Under the pieces are notes generated by a model that was not told where the DNA came from, ran no database searches, and was given only the letters and a program-made list of their open reading frames with translations. The position numbers were made by a program, and so were the translations under genes. A DNA stretch of 36,960 nucleotides from Deinococcales bacterium (GTDB lineage: Bacteria > Deinococcota > Deinococci > Deinococcales > JAAFIG01), in contig JANNVX010000049.1 in the NCBI GenBank assembly GCA_031414595.1, positions 1 to 36,960 of the forward strand, in the 5' to 3' direction. Position 1 is the stretch's first letter; every line of letters starts with the position of its first letter. This document shows, piece by piece, positions 35,277 through 36,960 of the stretch.

Positions 35277-35515
35277 TGTGAACCTAGATATTCTACTGAA
35301 TCCGTATTTTTATGATATTCAACTAAACCCAGTAAATAAAGAAAATTAAGAGTTGGCAGAAATAGCACATCCCCTCCAATAATCTGTTTCTTAGCAAATT
35401 GGTATAAATCCGTGTAATCTTCAACTCGATGAACTTGCAAGTATTGAATTAAAAGCATTGTTAAATTCACAACTGTTTGGTCAGGATGTGAGTGCTTGGT
35501 CGGTTTTAACATCAT
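35273..35515 (-). CDS. ABC-3C middle component (LmuC-like)
   Basis: 80 aa, PTKHSHPDQTV...FLPTLNFLYLLGLVEY. Overlaps both neighbouring genes. Confidence 0.8.
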   Translation of the reverse strand: MMLKPTKHSHPDQTVVNLTMLLIQYLQVHRVEDYTDLYQFAKKQIIGGDVLFLPTLNFLYLLGLVEYHKNTDSVEYLGSQ

Positions 35516-36476
35516 TTACCTCCCCTATGCCAATATCACAATTCCAGTACATATAGAAAAGCATCGTTCGTGTCAGACGCTTATTTTTGTGTTGACGAAG
35601 AACAGCATCTCGATTAAATAGCAGATTGACCAAATACTCCATTACGTCATCAAAGAACTGATGGCTTCGTCTCTGAGCAATGATTTTAAGTTGGAACTCA
35701 TCAACAATTGATTCGTATTTCTCCATCAATTCCCAATTTTCGGGGGCAGCAAGGAAAGTACGAATTTGCTCAGAGTCTTTCAAATACTTTTTTTGTTGCT
35801 CGAGTGCATACGCAGCACTCATGTTATTGATCTGATTTTTTTCTGCATAGGATATTCGCGTTGGTAGGTCATCCAAAATTGGTAAAAGAGTGCCTAGGTT
35901 TTTTGCAAATGCTTCAACAATTTCGGCAAGGTCATCTGAACTAATAATAAGAGGTGAATCAATAGGGTCTATTCCTGCAATTGTGGCAACATCTGAAAAT
36001 TGCTTCATCCACAATTCAAGTTGTTCTACACCGTACAAATACACTGAACTTAATGGAAGCCCAGACTCTTGTGCAATATATTCTCTAAGCTCGCTTTCAG
36101 CATTACCTGTCAAGCGTCTATTTGAAAACAGAATATAATGGTCAAGTTGTTTGGTTTGAACCAATTTTTTGATACGAATTACTTCTTTTGCTAGAACTGT
36201 GTTTTCAGGTTTCTTCTTCGAGTAAAAGTCTGTTTCTGAAAAACTCTTATTGTAGCCATTGGTATGCTTTGCTTGGATGATTATTGTTCCAATCCAAGGT
36301 GCAGTTTTGCTTGGGAATGTTTCAGCCGTTCCAACAAACTTAGCATCACGCCCACCATCAGTTCCTTTTGCAAAACCCTGCACTGAAATACCAAAAAGTT
36401 TCTGGCACAGAACAACAATCAGTTTTTCAAACTGGTCATCACCAAGGTCTTCATATGCAAATTTCACCAATACCAT
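35481..36476 (-). CDS. ABC-3C/Lamassu effector: Mrr-like PD-(D/E)xK nuclease + C-terminal domain (LmuA-like)
   Basis: FEKLI, DGGRDA, IIQAKH motifs; C-terminal LFYMYWNCDIG. Confidence 0.82.
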   Translation of the reverse strand: MVLVKFAYEDLGDDQFEKLIVVLCQKLFGISVQGFAKGTDGGRDAKFVGTAETFPSKTAPWIGTIIIQAKHTNGYNKSFSETDFYSKKKPENTVLAKEVIRIKKLVQTKQLDHYILFSNRRLTGNAESELREYIAQESGLPLSSVYLYGVEQLELWMKQFSDVATIAGIDPIDSPLIISSDDLAEIVEAFAKNLGTLLPILDDLPTRISYAEKNQINNMSAAYALEQQKKYLKDSEQIRTFLAAPENWELMEKYESIVDEFQLKIIAQRRSHQFFDDVMEYLVNLLFNRDAVLRQHKNKRLTRTMLFYMYWNCDIGIGEVNDVKTDQALTS

Positions 36477-36771
36477 CTCCGTTTTGATGCACTTTCCGAG
36501 TAAGGATAACTACTTACTTTAGTTCGTACTATATCAGACTAGGCTATTTGAGTCAGTAACTTTTTAGCCCAAATAGATTCTTTTAAGTTTTTCTATCTCC
36601 AGAATTCGTGTTTTTTGCGCTGTTTGGAATAGTTAAATTTTAGACACTGTGAATCTCAAACACACGTTCGTTTAGACTCACGCAACTTCATCTAATAGCG
36701 GGAAGATTCTTCTCGAGGCTTTTGTCAAGGCTCTTTTCACTCGAGGAAATTCATAGCATGGTTTTCTACTT

Positions 36772-36960
36772 GGAACTGTCCAAGAATAACTTCCTGATTT
36801 CAAATAGACCAAAAACAGACAATTGGTCACAGGGCGGACACGGGGGTCCGCCCCTACCTGACGTATTTTTATGGATTTTGTAGGGACAGACCCCTGTGTC
36901 TGTCCTGCTAGGAAACAATGTTTCATCATTTCCAAATAGGGAAGTTATTTACGGACAAAT
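36772..36960. mobile_element. MITE copy 4 (inverted; last ~2 nt beyond the window)
   Basis: Starts GGAACTGTCCAAGAATAACTTCC and ends GGAAGTTATTTACGGACAAAT. Near-identical to the reverse complement of 1-137. Confidence 0.88.

Noticed and set aside
36678-36935. 85-aa ORF (also 25528-25724 ORFs)
   Set aside because: Derived from MITE sequence; no transposase motifs.
1-36960. Whole window as a composite transposon between inverted MITEs
   Set aside because: It contains housekeeping sufCB and rnpB and no transposase. Repeats at both ends more likely reflect assembly breaks.

Overview
Bacterial chromosomal window, about 45-47% GC by eye. It is probably Deinococcota, inferred from many leaderless TANNNT-N6/7-start genes, a strong excess of CTCGAG and Deinococcus-type lipoproteins. 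Left to right: (1) two tandem modules, each with a 10/11-bp-periodic repeat promoter, an unannotated 53-aa YxxPxL micropeptide and a ~1100-aa lipoprotein with 14 FG-GAP/VCBS-like repeats (one copy has an in-frame TAG), next to a divergent SARP/BTAD-NB-ARC regulator; (2) a TetR / epimerase / membrane protein unit; (3) a LacI-controlled sugar ABC plus GH4 alpha-galactosidase operon; (4) sufC-sufB; (5) a ~2-kb islet bounded by a 41-bp direct repeat, holding a DUF6932-like pseudogene, an antitoxin-like ORF, a putative RNase and a convergent structured small-RNA candidate; (6) an ABC exporter, PrcB-like lipoprotein, thioesterase, orphan antitoxin, S8 protease and Ig/PPC lipoprotein; (7) an enlarged RNase P RNA and a GNAT; (8) an AT-rich three-gene ABC-3C/Lamassu-type defence locus. 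Four copies of a ~190-bp MITE enclosing REP-like hairpin pairs are present, two at the window ends. Best candidates for new biology are the RNase plus convergent sRNA pair (possible RNA-antitoxin system) and the SARP/micropeptide/variable beta-propeller module. All family calls come from motif reading; no searches were run.
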